Source: Albugo candida
Taxonomy: Eukaryota
Reading direction: 5' to 3'
Length of the DNA: 64,000 nucleotides
Assembly: GCA_040437565.1 (NCBI GenBank)
Contig: JBDOQK010000048.1
Location: forward strand, 62,001 to 126,000
The position numbers and the translations under genes are program-made. This document shows, one piece after another, positions 12,001-26,494 of this stretch; the stretch's first letter is position 1, and every line of letters starts with the position of its first letter. Under the pieces are notes generated by a model that was given only the letters and a program-made list of their open reading frames with translations, searched no databases and was not told where the DNA came from.

Positions 12001-15000
12001 ACCATGATGGTGGATTGAGACACTGATGGCTTCCGTAGGCATCAAGGGTATGACGCATTCAATAAGCGTACTTGCTATCACATTTGTCTCAACTGATCTA
12101 TAATTTCCAAACTGACAAGCGTGGTCTTCAATGAAGTTTGAGCCATATAGACGAAGTATCTGATTTGGTTGCTGAGAAACTAGTTGCGGAGTAAAATAAA
12201 AAATCGTAGGACTAATTGTATAGCGAAAGCTCATCGTGTTTTCACTATATCGCTCTTTATTCAGGAAGACTGAAGCATTGATCACTGTTTCTGTATGAAC
12301 GGAAGACGGTTTGGGGGGTGTATCACAAGTTAGAATGAGATATGGCTTGGATTTAACATGAAGAACTTTCGCACTTCTCAATATGATCCATGTAGCGTCA
12401 TTGTGACTTGTGAACGCACAGTCGAAACTGAAGGTTTCATTGATTACAAATGCCGCATGCTCCAAAGCGAGACGAAGAAGGGTACCACCTTGACTGTCTC
12501 CACTATCAGGCTCGAGTGATAATAACATTTTGCTGGAGAAGAATGAGAACTTTTTGGGTAAACTTGCACTACTCTCAATCGTAATTTGATTGATCTTGAG
12601 TAAGAATGGTACTTGAGTTGCAGGAATTCCTACAGGGCTTTTGCATATGACTTCAGAGTCGGACACAAGCGTGCCTTCCACGGGACTTGAACCAAACCAG
12701 CAATTAATATTCAAACACTTTTCTTCTTTCGGGATGTATAGTCTTGTGAGCTCTAGAAGAATATCCGTTCCGCCAAGAGCTGATCCAGCAAGTTTCGAGG
12801 TTTTCTTAATGTGTACATCAGGAACAAATTCGAACCTGACACTGTCACTTATCGCGTAAAAATTCGAATCCAAGACCCTGAACTGAGCAACCTGTGCTTC
12901 GTGCTTGGGTGTTATGCACCGAAGACGATTATTTGATTCAGTTTGAGCTTCAATACGGCTATTCTCACCGAACAAACACCAGTACTTTGTCTCTTCTTGT
13001 ATCTTCGTTCCAGATAAAAAAAAATCATCCTGACTTTCAAGCCAAACCTTAACTGCGCTTCCTCCCGAGGCAAAAGCTGAACTAGGACAAATCGATACTT
13101 TCATCAAAGAGGCGGTGCTTCTCAATTTTGCATTATTGCTAAAGTGGAATACCAGGTCATCTCTAAAGTCGTACACAACCAATTGCAATTCTAGAACTCC
13201 ATATTGTGGAAGATGAGGGACGTTGCAAACCGCTGTATGGTCAGTAATAACCAACCCAAGACTTTCTGCGATAATCAGCGCCGAAGTCGATTTTGTTGAC
13301 ATGAATCGACACATTAAAGATGCTAGAGGAGCTGTAAAACCAGCCCCAGTTACGTTGATATGAATGCCGGTGGAATCGGTACTGATGTGGGAAGGTGATA
13401 TACTGTGGACTATCATATCTCGATTCATTTGAAGAGCTTTGCTAACACGCAGAAAGTTCTGACCATCGCAAGCAACAGAAATCGAGTATCGTTTTCTTTG
13501 CTGTAAGTCAATAGTCTTTGCCCAGGCGCACTCAATTTTTGTGTCTGATGATATATTAGCCCCGAGTAATTGTGTATCTCCAAGTCTGCACTTTGCTTCA
13601 CGAAATGAATACTTGTAGAAACCACTTCCATGTAATTCAAGACCGAAGGTATCTCCAAACCGCGNNNNNNNNNNNNNNNNNNNNNNNNNNNNNNNNNNNN
13701 NNNNNNNNNNNNNNNNNNNNNNNNNNNNNNNNNNNNNNNNNNNNNNNNNNNNNNNNNNNNNNNNTTTCTTTGCTGTAAGTCAATAGTCTTTGCCCAGGCG
13801 CACTCAATTTTTGTGTCTGATGATATATTAGCCCCGAGTAATTGTGTATCTCCAAGTCTGCACTTTGCTTCACGAAATGAATACTTGTAGAAACCACTTC
13901 CATGTAATTCAAGACCGAAGGTATCTCCAAACCGCGAATTTCTCACTCTAATATCTCGGATAATTTCATCGGGTGTGTAACGAAACACTATTGAAGTTTT
14001 GCAGTGATGAACCATCTGCCCCTGGCAAACTCCATCTATTGAATACTCAAATGTCAGATTTACTATTCCCGGGACCTTCCAAGACGGTGAAATGCACTGA
14101 ATACTCGATTTGCTTGTATCGATAGTTGCAGCCAATGTGACTTGATCATAGCGACAACAGATACCTATCACACTGCGTTTCTGAATTGGCAAATTCTGAA
14201 AGTGTACAATGGTAACTGTTCCTCCTCTGATCGGTCCGACCAGATTCATGACCTCGTTGATCAATAGAGGCTCAGCCATAAACATATTAACAGGATTACT
14301 GTGAACTTTTATGAGCTTTTCAGCCTCCACTATGAAAAATCTGACAGAATATTTCCCAGGTTTCAAATTCGGACTTTTGAAATAATATCGGTCATGAGAA
14401 ATGCCTCCTTCCTGGTATATTTCTAGTGGTGAGCGGGCTTGCTCTTCCATATGTTCATCATATAGGAAGCAAGAGACACTGGTATTGTGAAGTAAAGATA
14501 CGCCTTCGACAGATATCTTTGCCTCGATTCTTTTGGGAGCAAGTCCGTTGGGCGATGTCGCGCAAAGTTGCCAGGGCAATATTTTTGGAGAAATTGTTAC
14601 ATTATGAATCATTTTGATATAAATGAAGAAGACGTCACCAACACCTGATACGATCTGCTTGCCGAAAATACCCTCATAATCAAATTGTACTGTTAGGTCA
14701 AGACGCATTTGTATCATATCGACCTCAAAATTCTTCACTGATGGTGCCACACAGACCAGTAGAGTAGATGAGACGTATGTTGCTATTGAAGAGACCACAA
14801 TTCCATCTTTCGTACTAAATTGACAGGAAGTGATCATATCGGTCCTGGCTACGAACCGTTGCCCGTACACACGGATGATCTCACCACCAGTAGATGACCC
14901 TATTCTGGGATTGACTGCGTATAACTCAGGAATCCAATGATAATTTATAGCGGCGTGAAGAGAGCTGAAGAAATCTTTCCCATTGATGCAAACAAAAACT

Positions 15001-18000
15001 GACAGCTTCGTAGGAAAGCTTGCTTTTGGTACTCCACATGATACTAGTGTTGTACTCAAAAAAGTACCTGGAGAAATTGCTTTCTCCCCTATTCGGCACA
15101 TGATTCTTCCGGTATCGCGAAATCCTCTTCCGAAAACGTACGTCTGACTTATTTCAGAAGCCTTGTTTGGTTCATTCCGGATGAAGAGAAGATTCGGCTT
15201 CAGCTCATGAATGAGAATTTTGGGAACGATGTGGATTGAATGATCGAAATTATAAAAATCCACATTATTCACTGATACCTCGACTGTGATATATTGGGAA
15301 TCGGTCGAAAGTTTACGGAAAACTAGATCGCATTGTATCAGTGATGTATTCATGTACAAAGCCTTGACCAAAAGAGTTTTGTCAAAGCGGCAAAATGATG
15401 AAGGTGAAAAGTTTTCTCCTCTGAGCCTCACATTCGTCAAAACATTCTCATGTATCGTGGTCGGAAAAATTGATCTAATCCGAGGTTCTTTGATATAATA
15501 GAACAAAGAGAGCAGTGGCATTGCAAAATCTTCAAGAGGACAGTGTAATGTAACACTGGCAGATCCACAGTACGCAGAAGCTGGGGTCAAGCACTTGAGA
15601 ACTTCTCTAGACTCCGAAGTCGGAGTCGACGAAGCTTCAACATAAGAGACGGCCATAATGTCGTTCTTCGTCATATAAAAGTGACATTCCCAATACGGGC
15701 ACGCTGCTGGAAAGGATTTTCTAAATGGGATCTCAATTGTTGTCCCACCCTTTGCTGAACCTAGTTTGGGTGAAAATGACGATGCGTTATAATTTTCTTG
15801 CTTAAGATTCGAGCTCCGTTGATTCCGCGCACTAATATTGTATCTTATATCAGTGAAATCGACCCCATTAGCAGAAAAATATACGTGCAGACTCTCCAAG
15901 CCATTCTGTAGACGATTTCTTGGAGGTATATCGCATCGAACGTGGGTATCTGACATCCATATTGCTTCTGCTCTTATCTTCAAATTACCAAACAGACAGC
16001 ACATTGTGGGTAGTCTCGGGAAAGATGTTCCCACTATGTGCAATACTTTTCTCGTTTGTGGGCTGTAACCTTTACCAAGTAAAGACCGATCCGTAGTAAC
16101 AACACTCGAATGGATTGAGAAATCATGAAAATACCATAAAACTGGTCCAGTGTGGAAGTGCTGTCCATTGAATGTAATTTGAGGTCGAGTTCGCATTGCT
16201 GTATTCATTTTGGGGCTCACACAGCGAGCTTTTATATCCGCATGCCCACCTTGCGTGGTTAGCAATTCCCCTCTAACCAGGATGCTGCCAATACGGCAGA
16301 ATATCAGATCTGGACTGATCTTGAGTTGTAGACCATACATAGTGAACGTCAAAGTACCACCACTTGTAACACTTGCGCTTCGCGGATGTACATCCACGTA
16401 CTTTGGTCTAGGATACAACTGCAAGTTCTGCAGTCCCTCAGCAATAGTAATCCCATATCCTGAATACTGTACTGAAAGACTGAGGATTGCTTCATTTAGT
16501 TTCAAAGGAAAACGCTGCATATGAACGCTCGAAATGATGCATTCTACTTGATCATCTTGAATGTAGGAAGCCGCAACGGTCGTTATTCCATCCAGAACAC
16601 AAACGCTGTAGCTAGAATTTAAAAAATGCTGACCCGACAGCTTTAATATAATTGTTTCACCATACGGAGCAAGTGTAGGGCTGATTCGAACAAGTTTTGG
16701 AGTCTCTTTGTAAATCAATTGCCAAGGGTATAGATGAAATGCATCGCCAAGTCTCATTCGAACGCGCTCATATCTTCTCGTCGTATTAATGGAATTCCAT
16801 GGTACCACGCACTGAACAACATTGTTACTGTGCACTATGGCAGGGATCGAGTAGCGTCCGGAATCATAGATACATCTAAGAAGCGGTGTGACCATGAAGT
16901 TCTCACCTGAGATTGCGACACTGACTGAGCCAAATCGATATTCAAATTCTGAAAGTACTCGTTGCTCGCCAACATTATACGTGGTCCTTATGTCACGTGC
17001 ATGATTATGTGGATAGTCCGGGCTTAATGTCTCTTGGCTGAATGAAGAAGAATGCATACTGTTCGACATATCCACAAATACATGGTACACAAGACTTTGG
17101 TATGACTGGCTTTTTGTGATGATCGCGTTGCCATGAGAACATCGGGAAATTGCACGTTGCAACACTACCGAATCCTTGATTTCGTGAAGAGCACTAGTGA
17201 TACACTTCAGAAACTCCTCTTTTCTACTTTTATATCCATGTGTAGATTCAAGTTTGCACATACTACTTCCATTCGCAAAGGACCTCCGTGATTGAGGTGA
17301 ATAGCCTGATCGTATCTGCAACGAGGTGTGCGAAGACCCATGAATATGCTTATCTGTAACTTGTTCCAACTGAGAAGGCTTGGCTTGAACTAACACAGAG
17401 CTAAGCATGCTTGTAGACAAGTTCCTACCGCCATGTGAAATTGACATGGAGCTATCTGAGATTTCATCCGAATAGAAATTCCATTGAGATTTTCGATCGT
17501 GACGGCTTGGAATNNNNNNNNNNNNNNNNNNNNNNNNNNNNNNNNNNNNNNNNNNNNNNNNNNNNNNNNNNNNNNNNNNNNNNNNNNNNNNNNNNNNNNN
17601 NNNNNNNNNNNNNCTTGATTTCGTGAAGAGCACTAGTGATACACTTCAGAAACTCCTCTTTTCTACTTTTATATCCATGTGTAGATTCAAGTTTGCACAT
17701 ACTACTTCCATTCGCAAAGGACCTCCGTGATTGAGGTGAATAGCCTGATCGTATCTGCAACGAGGTGTGCGAAGACCCATGAATATGCTTATCTGTAACT
17801 TGTTCCAACTGAGAAGGCTTGGCTTGAACTAACACAGAGCTAAGCATGCTTGTAGACAAGTTCCTACCGCCATGTGAAATTGACATGGAGCTATCTGAGA
17901 TTTCATCCGAATAGAAATTCCATTGAGATTTTCGATCGTGACGGCTTGGAATTGAATCTTCAAAAGAGCGCCACACCAATACATTTGACTGTATTCGGGA

Positions 18001-21000
18001 TTGCATTGTCAAAGATGGACTGTCAAGACGACCAGCGCCATGAGGTGGCACTGGAGCCAAGGCTACAGAAAAACAATATACTTCTCTTCCAGCGGAGCTA
18101 AAAAAGCTATCTGAAGCAAACCAGAAGCAAACATTGAACGCTTTAGGTCGTTTAGTAATTCCAGTGTTTCTCATGCTGCTTGCACGAGTTCCGGAGCTAT
18201 TCACCGACTGTGAGGCGATGCAGAGGGATGACATATCTACCGGAGTGGCTAAGATATGTTTGTTGACAGTAATCGACATAGATGCACATTTTTTCTGTGT
18301 GATAATTGGAGACGGACACACATAGTGATTAGCGGTGGTGATGAATCCTTCAATGCGCGCATTATCGACGTAACAATCGACCTCAAGTGTATCAGGTAAT
18401 GGATGATCGCCTTCGCTGAATTGCACCACCACACCTCTCAAGCTGTGTACCAAATGCTGAAGCGGATAGATTTTTAATATGCGAGGCATCCTAATATAAT
18501 GAAAAGGTACTCCTTCTGTGCAATAATCACGACCAAAACATAGGCGCACCATAGTCAGTCCACTGAAGTAAGCCGGGATATTTTTGCAGCAAGCCGTAGT
18601 TGTATTATAAATCACCGCCGATGAATATGCGGTGGTCATGTTTGCATTCTTTGCTGTGTGACCAAATGCGCAAGTGGCTATCGTGCTAGGTTGGAAGTTC
18701 ATCCCTGTAATGATCATAATTTGTCTATCTCCGATTGTCAAGCTAACTTTCCTTGACAAACTGACGATTGCTGGAGCCGAACGATAATGAATCGGAACTC
18801 TTAAATGAGTGAAATTTCCACGCGCTTGTACCTCACTAACACGTAAGATATCTGAGTCGGCGTCATCACACAAGCTACGATGAGTTGACTGCGGCCAGGT
18901 GCAATAAATGGTAGTCTCATTCACATAGACTGGAACCAGGTCGAGCTTTCTCAAGATAAGGTGACATTTGATTTGCGAATGTGATCGTAGAAATGCTCCA
19001 TGCAGAACAAAATCAAACTTGGAGTTGCAATAAATCTTTGTCGGGGACACAGAAAAAAACCTTGGAGCAGAATAGATACGCATATCTAAAGTGCTGTTCA
19101 TTCCGGCATAATGTTGACCATTGTTTGAAATCTCTATTGTATGTATCTCAAGCAAGTGTTTTTGCATCGCTGCAGGAATCAAGCAATGGGCAGTTGTTGA
19201 GCTCGAAACCTCAGTGACCGCGGTTTCATAAAGCCTATTGAAACGGCAGCGAAAATACTCGGAGGAGAAGAATCCGCTTCCTCTTATTGTCACCGATACA
19301 GTCCTTTGCTCTTGATGTAGGATTGATGGGCTTGTGCTCGTGATAGCCTCTTGCACTAACACGCACAGAAAAGTGAGATTACAGAAAATCTGTGCAATAT
19401 CGAAAGCTTCACAGCGTGCGTACCCAAGAAAGTGTATATGATGGAAGATTGATCGAACTTTACAAATTGATGGGAGTCTTGACTTCTCACTGCTTCGATA
19501 TAAAGTGAAACTAGGCCGGGTGGATGAGATGGTGATGTGCAAGACATATGTCGTTTACTGATCCAAATAGCAGGCGATGACATCTGTTTCGTTGGTGAAT
19601 GAAAAATGCATCGGAAAACGGTATCCGGCTCAAATGGTCCGCCTGTTATCATCAATTTGGTGTTTCCAATGTCAGGTCCAACGCGCGGGCTTATGTCCTC
19701 GACGATTGGAGAAGCTAAACATTAAGACAATAGCACTCATAAAATGGTAGCTCAAATAAAGCGACTCATTACCGCGATACTCGTACACCAATGATGTCGT
19801 TGTAGCTGCACGCACAACTTGCACCAATCCATTCGGACCCTTATACGCTACTCCAAGAGATACATTGACTTCACCAGCGGATGCTGACGGAGGAGATTCA
19901 CAGCTGATAAGTGTTGACTCTATCCTTGTTACATTTGTAGTGTAATCATCAAACATACACACAAGCCCAGATGATCCTTTGTTCGAGCGAAAGCCCCTTC
20001 CGTATATGGTGATAGTGTTTGTAGCTATTGCATATCCACGATTTGGCTTCAGTGAAAAAGCCAGGGGCATTGAAAGAAATTCAAAATAGTCACGGGATTT
20101 AAGTATGAGTCCTCCTGCAAGAATGCAGGAAACAACGACATCTCCCGTTCTTGATGTGCGGTGAGGAGCGAGACGGACCGAAAGCAGGTGATCCTTTAAA
20201 ATCAAAGCCTTTGCATACACACTGCCAACCATGCAATGCGAATGGTGGTCCACAAGTGAGCGAAATCCGCTTCCAGTGATATATATCAAACTCTCAACTT
20301 CTATGAAGCCAAAAGAAGGATATATTCCTGTTAATGAAGGTGTTGGTACATACTCGAAGAAGAATAGAGGCTGATGAGGTGCCAGTTCATCCAAAGAAAG
20401 TATAACTCTCGAACTGCATGGAGGGGATGGTGGTGATGTGCATCTAATCAACTTGCTTTTGTGTATTGTCGCTGATGTAGATTGATTACCGAAGATGCAC
20501 GAAATATTTGTGTAAAGCTCCCACTGCAAGTCCGAGTCGACCACCAGAGTAACCTCTGTGCCCCCTTGGCTGAAGCCTCTATCCGGATAGAGCTGCGATA
20601 TTTTGATAGGCGGTATCAATAGTACTGAGATTGCATTAGCCGATACGCGATGATCGTCTTGATATACCTCAACATCCATAGTTGGTGTGGAAATGTTCAC
20701 GTCACAATGTGAAAGTGGACACATGATGATGTTCGATGTGACCATTTTTGCAGGAATATGACAAAAGGTTGACACAGATTTGGTATGACAAAAATACTGA
20801 GCTTCACGCAATGAACAAACCGAGTGGTTCGGGTCTAGGATAGCTAGATGGATCTTCAAAGAGACATAAGATCCCTGCAAAAGTGCATTTGGTTCCACTG
20901 AACTAATGACAAGCGGAGGAAAAACACAGAACCAGATCGTTTCCTGTGACACCACTAATGCATCATTGCTGACCGAAACTTTGTAGCTTCCTATCTGCAA

Positions 21001-24000
21001 ATTGTTTGGGACAGTGCAAGCCGCATATGCGTCACTGCTTACCACGCAAGACTTGGACTCGTGTGTGTGGCCGAAGAAGCATCGGAACGCCGTACCCTTG
21101 TAAAAATTATGTCCAGTGATTGTGATAGTGCCAACATAGGTAGTGCTGATCTCGACATGGTGCATAGCTACCGGGAAAATTGACTCGATTGTCGGGATGA
21201 ATGCTTCATTCTTGCGTGGCCTTGTCACGTTTTCATGTATGAATACTTGCTGCCGTTCCTGTTCAGTCCAAGACGCCTGCAAATCAAAAATAGTTTGCTG
21301 TGTTGGTGGCACCAGCGGCTGGCTTTGTAGAAGGCGCTGCAAAGAAATATTGTTACCACTCATCAAATTGTAACTTTGTGCAAAGGCGCTAAGAGGTACA
21401 CACTCAGCGCTGACGGACTCGAATGGGAAACTGACCATATAAGGAAAGTGGTTGGAGATCTCCGTATTCGTACTTCTCCATCGCCCAGCGTCAGAACCAT
21501 TCATCATTCGTACACAAGATCGAAATCCATGATGGTAGAAATGATATCTTTCCCATTCGCATAGCATGCTTGGAACCAAATTCATTCTTTTCAGAAACGA
21601 CACCCGACTCATGCACACGCCCAATGTATTATTTGTCCTGTTCTCGTTTGGAAAGTACTGATAATCTTCGCAACTCATTTCTTTGCATAAAAGTTTTCCT
21701 TGACTCAAAGTAAAAGTTTGGAAACGCAGCAAAGCCAAGACAAGCTGTTTGACAGAACACTGTAATGATAAAAGTTGAAAAGAAGGCAACGATCCTGTTT
21801 GATCTTTTAACGGATTTGCCGTATTATTCTTGGATGATATGCAGACCAAGGGCATCAGTTTTAGAAAGGCTTGCGTCATATGGTATCTATGATTTGTTGA
21901 TGACAGCAGAGCCTGATCGGATAAAAAATCTAAATCCATTGAGTCTCCCAGCTGTTTTGTATCGTCAAATGCGAGAATATAAATCATGCAATTGTCGGAG
22001 CTATAGAAGTGTATGCCGTCTTGACTGAATCCAACATTGTACGTTGTATCCAGTAATGTGATATTCCGTACATGGCACAAGATCATTCGAGCTGACACAA
22101 AGGTAGCGGAGGTACGAATGACGTTGGAGCCGCTCAAGCGACAGAATAGTGACGAGTCATTGAAAAATTTGCTTCCGTGGACATTCAAATCAAAGTCTGT
22201 CTGATACTTGGCAATATATTTCGGTAAAACATTCGAGACTCTCGGAGGTGAATAAACCACAAGCTCATGCAGACTTATTTGGATATCTGAACTGGTGAAT
22301 TTTGCCCGAGTAAAGATAACCCTTGCTTGAGAAGGTGATTTGATTTTGTCACACATAATAATACTGAAATGCGATCTAACATCGACTGTAGCATTTCGTT
22401 CAAATCCTTCAAACTGACAGATAAGAGGACCAAACACATTGACCCAGTATGTGATATCGAATAAAACAAAAAAGTTGACTATAAAATCGGTGGCAACAGG
22501 AACCATCTCGGGGGTGCTTTTGATTACACGAGGAAGTTGGACATACGTAAACTTCCAGCTGATGCCAAGCAATTGCAATCCATTGATCCAAATAGTAAGC
22601 GGAACATCCTGACTCATCTTTGCCATCTTTCCCAAGTACGTTGGAGCGATACAAGAGAATTTGGTGGATGCGATGATTGTGGCGAGTACGCTTGTGTTAC
22701 CAAACTTGCACACGGTATGAAACTTTTCATCTGCTCCACTTGCATTGAAGATTATACGAGTATTTCCCATGACGAAGGCAACAAGCGGGTATGCGTCAAA
22801 TATTCGAGGTGCGTGCATACACGTAAATACTGACTTGTTGGTTGGGGCAGAAAATTCTTGTTGATTGTATGAAAATTGTACGAGGAATGCATCTTCGTGG
22901 TATGACAGCGGGGCCCAACAATGTGCAACATTTTCAGATATTAGCTTTGCAACCTTGATCACCGTGGTATTGGTCGTGGTAGACACGAAACGACAAACTG
23001 TCAAATCTTTGTAGAATGTGATACTACTTTTGAGCACTACTGCAATAAGCGTTTCACGTGTCATGATTCCTGTATCTGGGAAAATTCTCGTAATCAATGG
23101 CACTTCGGTGAAGTAGAACATCTGAGTTGTTGGCACAAATTTTGGAAAGCCGATTACCAAAAGTGATATGTTGCTGATACCTGGGGCTGATATAATAGGA
23201 GCTTGACACTGAAGAAGCATATTTGACTTATAAGAAGCAGGTGAGGTATATTGGCCATCTGAGAAGCTGCAGCTATAGCTGTAAAAAGGAGGGATGCCAT
23301 GAACTTCAAGGGAGATGATAGTAGCCCCAGTAGATGACACAGCATTCAATGGAGTGATCACCACGGATGTTGTCTCCGGAAGCATATCCTGATCATTTCT
23401 TCGAGATGTGAAAGCGTCACCATTTACTGAAACTTCCACAAGAAGAGATTCGTGCGTCAAAATCAATGACCTTGACGAGGCAAAAGTACATTGAATATGG
23501 TTCTCGGTCACAAATATTGTTGTAGTGGATATGTGGTCGGATACTCTACACTTCAGACTGCTTGAGTTCCGAAAATGAGATCCGAATATTTCAAAAACAC
23601 TATCGCCATTTCTCTCGCTGACTTTATAATGTGAAAGGTGTGGTTTTGGTACCAGTTCGAATTGCCCAGCGGACACAAGAACATTGTTGGACAGTGAAAG
23701 CGCTAATTCAAAAGATTGTTCGACCGGTCGATTGCACAAGTTGCAGAAAACTCGATCATACGTCACGCTCGATGGTCGGTACTGTTGATAGCCATTCAGA
23801 ACACATAATATGCTCTCACTATTACCTGTACTCACCGGTAACCGTTGCAACACAATTGTGGTATCAAAGTGCGCAATACGGCTACTTGGGTTAACTACAG
23901 AAAGGTCGAAGGCCGCAACAGCATTGATCAAAACTGATTGAGGTGATAAATAATTTTGAAAAGTTGAGCCCACCGAAAGGGCGAGGTCGGTGACCCGATC

Positions 24001-26303
24001 GATGTATACATAGCATATAAGCTTCGATCCACTAATAAAGACGGTCGGAACGTCAATACATTTGCCGTCTAGCAGTTGAATGGTGCAAATTGAGTCGAGC
24101 TGGAAATTATAGCCAGATATTTCTACGGTGACATTCCGTGCTTCCGAAAAGTAAATTACGTTAGGCGTTACAAGGGTAATCAATGGAGTGGAGACCAAGG
24201 TATGGTCGTAGTAAGTAGCGCCGCTTGAGGGTTGCATGTCACTGGAGTGCAAACCAATTAGTATTTGGTTTGCATAGCTTTTGCATTCGGAATCTGGAAT
24301 GTGATTACGTCAAGCTGTTGGCTCAAGTCTGAACCTGATAAAACTGTTGTGGCTTCTTCGTCTGCGCCTTGCAGGCCACCGATCGGAGAAAAACTAGTCG
24401 CTGTTTCACTCCTCATATGATTCCGTAGACTTCTTCCAGTCTGTGTGGTCAAAATTAGAGATGTAGTGCTATTCTTTCCCACTTCATCAATATCTATCAC
24501 ATTAAATACACGTTTTTGTATCCCTATCGATCCACTTTGCAAGTCTAGACCCAGCAATGGCGCTGATTTACCCTCTGGACCGTTTGTAGAGACAACGCCA
24601 ACGATATGACCACAAACAGACGAGCTATGAAGATTCTGAACAGGTTTGCCATCGATCAAACCACAATCAGACCAAGTGCGTATATTTTGCCCTCGCCGGA
24701 AGTGATCTAGCGAATACGAGGTGCATCTAAGTAATGTTGCATTTCTCACCACTTGTCTTGGTTGTGTAGCTAGGAAGGGAAAGATTGAGGATCGCTGATA
24801 GATGCTTAGCAGCTCACATGCGTTGCGACAATCAGCGCAAGTCAAATCGAAGATCCTAAGTCCGTCGACCATCTTGCTATCCTGTCTGCCAGCTTCGTAT
24901 GCATAATCACCGCTCGTGGTGCTATGATTAGCTTCTGGATCGAAAACGTAGTGCATACCATTTCCTATACAGCAGCAGTTGCGCTCTGCTCCTGATTCGG
25001 TAATAGAACTGTCTTCCAAAAAAATCTCTGTTTTNNNNNNNNNNNNNNNNNNNNNNNNNNNNNNNNNNNNNNNNNNNNNNNNNNNNNNNNNNNNNNNNNN
25101 NNNNNNNNNNNNNNNNNNNNNNNNNNNNNNNNNNTTGGTTTGCATAGCTTTTGCATTCGGAATCTGGAATGTGATTACGTCAAGCTGTTGGCTCAAGTCT
25201 GAACCTGATAAAACTGTTGTGGCTTCTTCGTCTGCGCCTTGCAGGCCACCGATCGGAGAAAAACTAGTCGCTGTTTCACTCCTCATATGATTCCGTAGAC
25301 TTCTTCCAGTCTGTGTGGTCAAAATTAGAGATGTAGTGCTATTCTTTCCCACTTCATCAATATCTATCACATTAAATACACGTTTTTGTATCCCTATCGA
25401 TCCACTTTGCAAGTCTAGACCCAGCAATGGCGCTGATTTACCCTCTGGACCGTTTGTAGAGACAACGCCAACGATATGACCACAAACAGACGAGCTATGA
25501 AGATTCTGAACAGGTTTGCCATCGATCAAACCACAATCAGACCAAGTGCGTATATTTTGCCCTCGCCGGAAGTGATCTAGCGAATACGAGGTGCATCTAA
25601 GTAATGTTGCATTTCTCACCACTTGTCTTGGTTGTGTAGCTAGGAAGGGAAAGATTGAGGATCGCTGATAGATGCTTAGCAGCTCACATGCGTTGCGACA
25701 ATCAGCGCAAGTCAAATCGAAGATCCTAAGTCCGTCGACCATCTTGCTATCCTGTCTGCCAGCTTCGTATGCATAATCACCGCTCGTGGTGCTATGATTA
25801 GCTTCTGGATCGAAAACGTAGTGCATACCATTTCCTATACAGCAGCAGTTGCGCTCTGCTCCTGATTCGGTAATAGAACTGTCTTCCAAAAAAATCTCTG
25901 TTTTAAATTCTCGCAAGAGTTTGCCAAGTTGGAATCGGATATCGGTACAGCGACTGTTTTCCCTGTTTTTTCCGTCAATGAGCCCACTTAAATATGCAGT
26001 AATAGCGACGCTCGAACGAGACCAAAGTAAAACACACACATTGGAGCCGCGACAAACCTTTGTATCCGCAAAAATATTACCACCCAGACTAGGAGAAAAT
26101 CCTAAAAGCTCATGGCCATGCTTTACAGTAGTGCACCAGTCCGTATAATTATTTCTCTCTCGGTGAGCATTATTCCAACACTCAGAATTGTTTACCAGTA
26201 AGAACACGCATTCAGATGGTACAGAATCATCATCTATGATTAAGAATGATATGCAGAAAGCTGATAGCGTGCTTAGATACCATATGAAAAGCAAATGAAT
26301 CAT
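1..26303 (-). CDS. Giant secreted/surface IPT/TIG-repeat protein with nested 'EVQ..G.F.L...W.VTF' beta-repeats; partial, continues beyond window start (7,951 codons in window)
   Basis: ATG at 26303 starts MIHLLFIWYLSTLSAFCISF (signal-peptide-like). GT-AG introns at 24294-24334 (inferred, less certain), 19715-19772 and 19356-19423 join the ORF-track pieces in frame. Removing five gap duplications (offsets 228, 474, 272, 439, 870) and these introns leaves 23,853 nt, exactly 7,951 codons, to position 1. The 1-13664 part is absent from the ORF track, consistent with an open frame that has no stop in the window; spot translations are open. Repeated IPT/TIG motifs, e.g. VQPNIGPTRGGTPIILRGEWF...CVFG...VSCTSPP and ISQLYPDRGFSQGGTEVTL...CIFG...IRCTSPP. 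Confidence 0.85.
6361..6716. repeat. Assembly artefact: 6361-6488 duplicated as 6589-6716 across 100-N gap
   Basis: Identical sequence abutting both sides of the N run 6489-6588; offset 228 keeps the frame. Confidence 0.9.
8798..9645. repeat. Assembly artefact: 8798-9171 duplicated as 9272-9645 across 100-N gap
   Basis: Identical flanks; offset 474; produces duplicated ORF-track entries (9004/9478). Confidence 0.9.
13493..13936. repeat. Assembly artefact: 13493-13664 duplicated as 13765-13936 across gap; causes false frameshift
   Basis: Identical flanks; offset 272 is not a multiple of 3, which explains the false end of ORF 13425..17633. Confidence 0.9.
17175..17952. repeat. Assembly artefact: 17175-17513 duplicated as 17614-17952 across gap; causes false frameshift
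   Basis: Identical flanks; offset 439. Confidence 0.9.
24265..25904. repeat. Assembly artefact: 24265-25034 duplicated as 25135-25904 across gap
   Basis: Identical flanks; offset 870; the apparent internal repeat in ORF 24258..26312 is an exact copy. Confidence 0.9.
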
Positions 26304-26494
26304 ATTGCGCACAAGCGACGAAAAGTCGCGAGGGACCTAACTCTACTTTTGTCTGGGCCATCAGTCGGCACACATTCGGTCATCAAACAAACCCGTGCTC
26401 ATTTTTCTCAACCCCGAGTCGATACCTGGAAAGCATCAGCGGAGATTTTTCGGGTAGAAACGACATAGCTCAAGATTAGTTGTAAGCACTGACG

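Noticed and set aside
125-26148. Many short plus-strand and off-frame ORFs over the giant gene
   Set aside because: Antisense or alternative-frame shadows of a long coding region; no recognisable motifs.
24258-26312. Apparent internal 257-aa tandem repeat in the 684-aa ORF
   Set aside because: Nucleotide-identical copies abut a 100-N gap; this is an assembly overlap, not biology.
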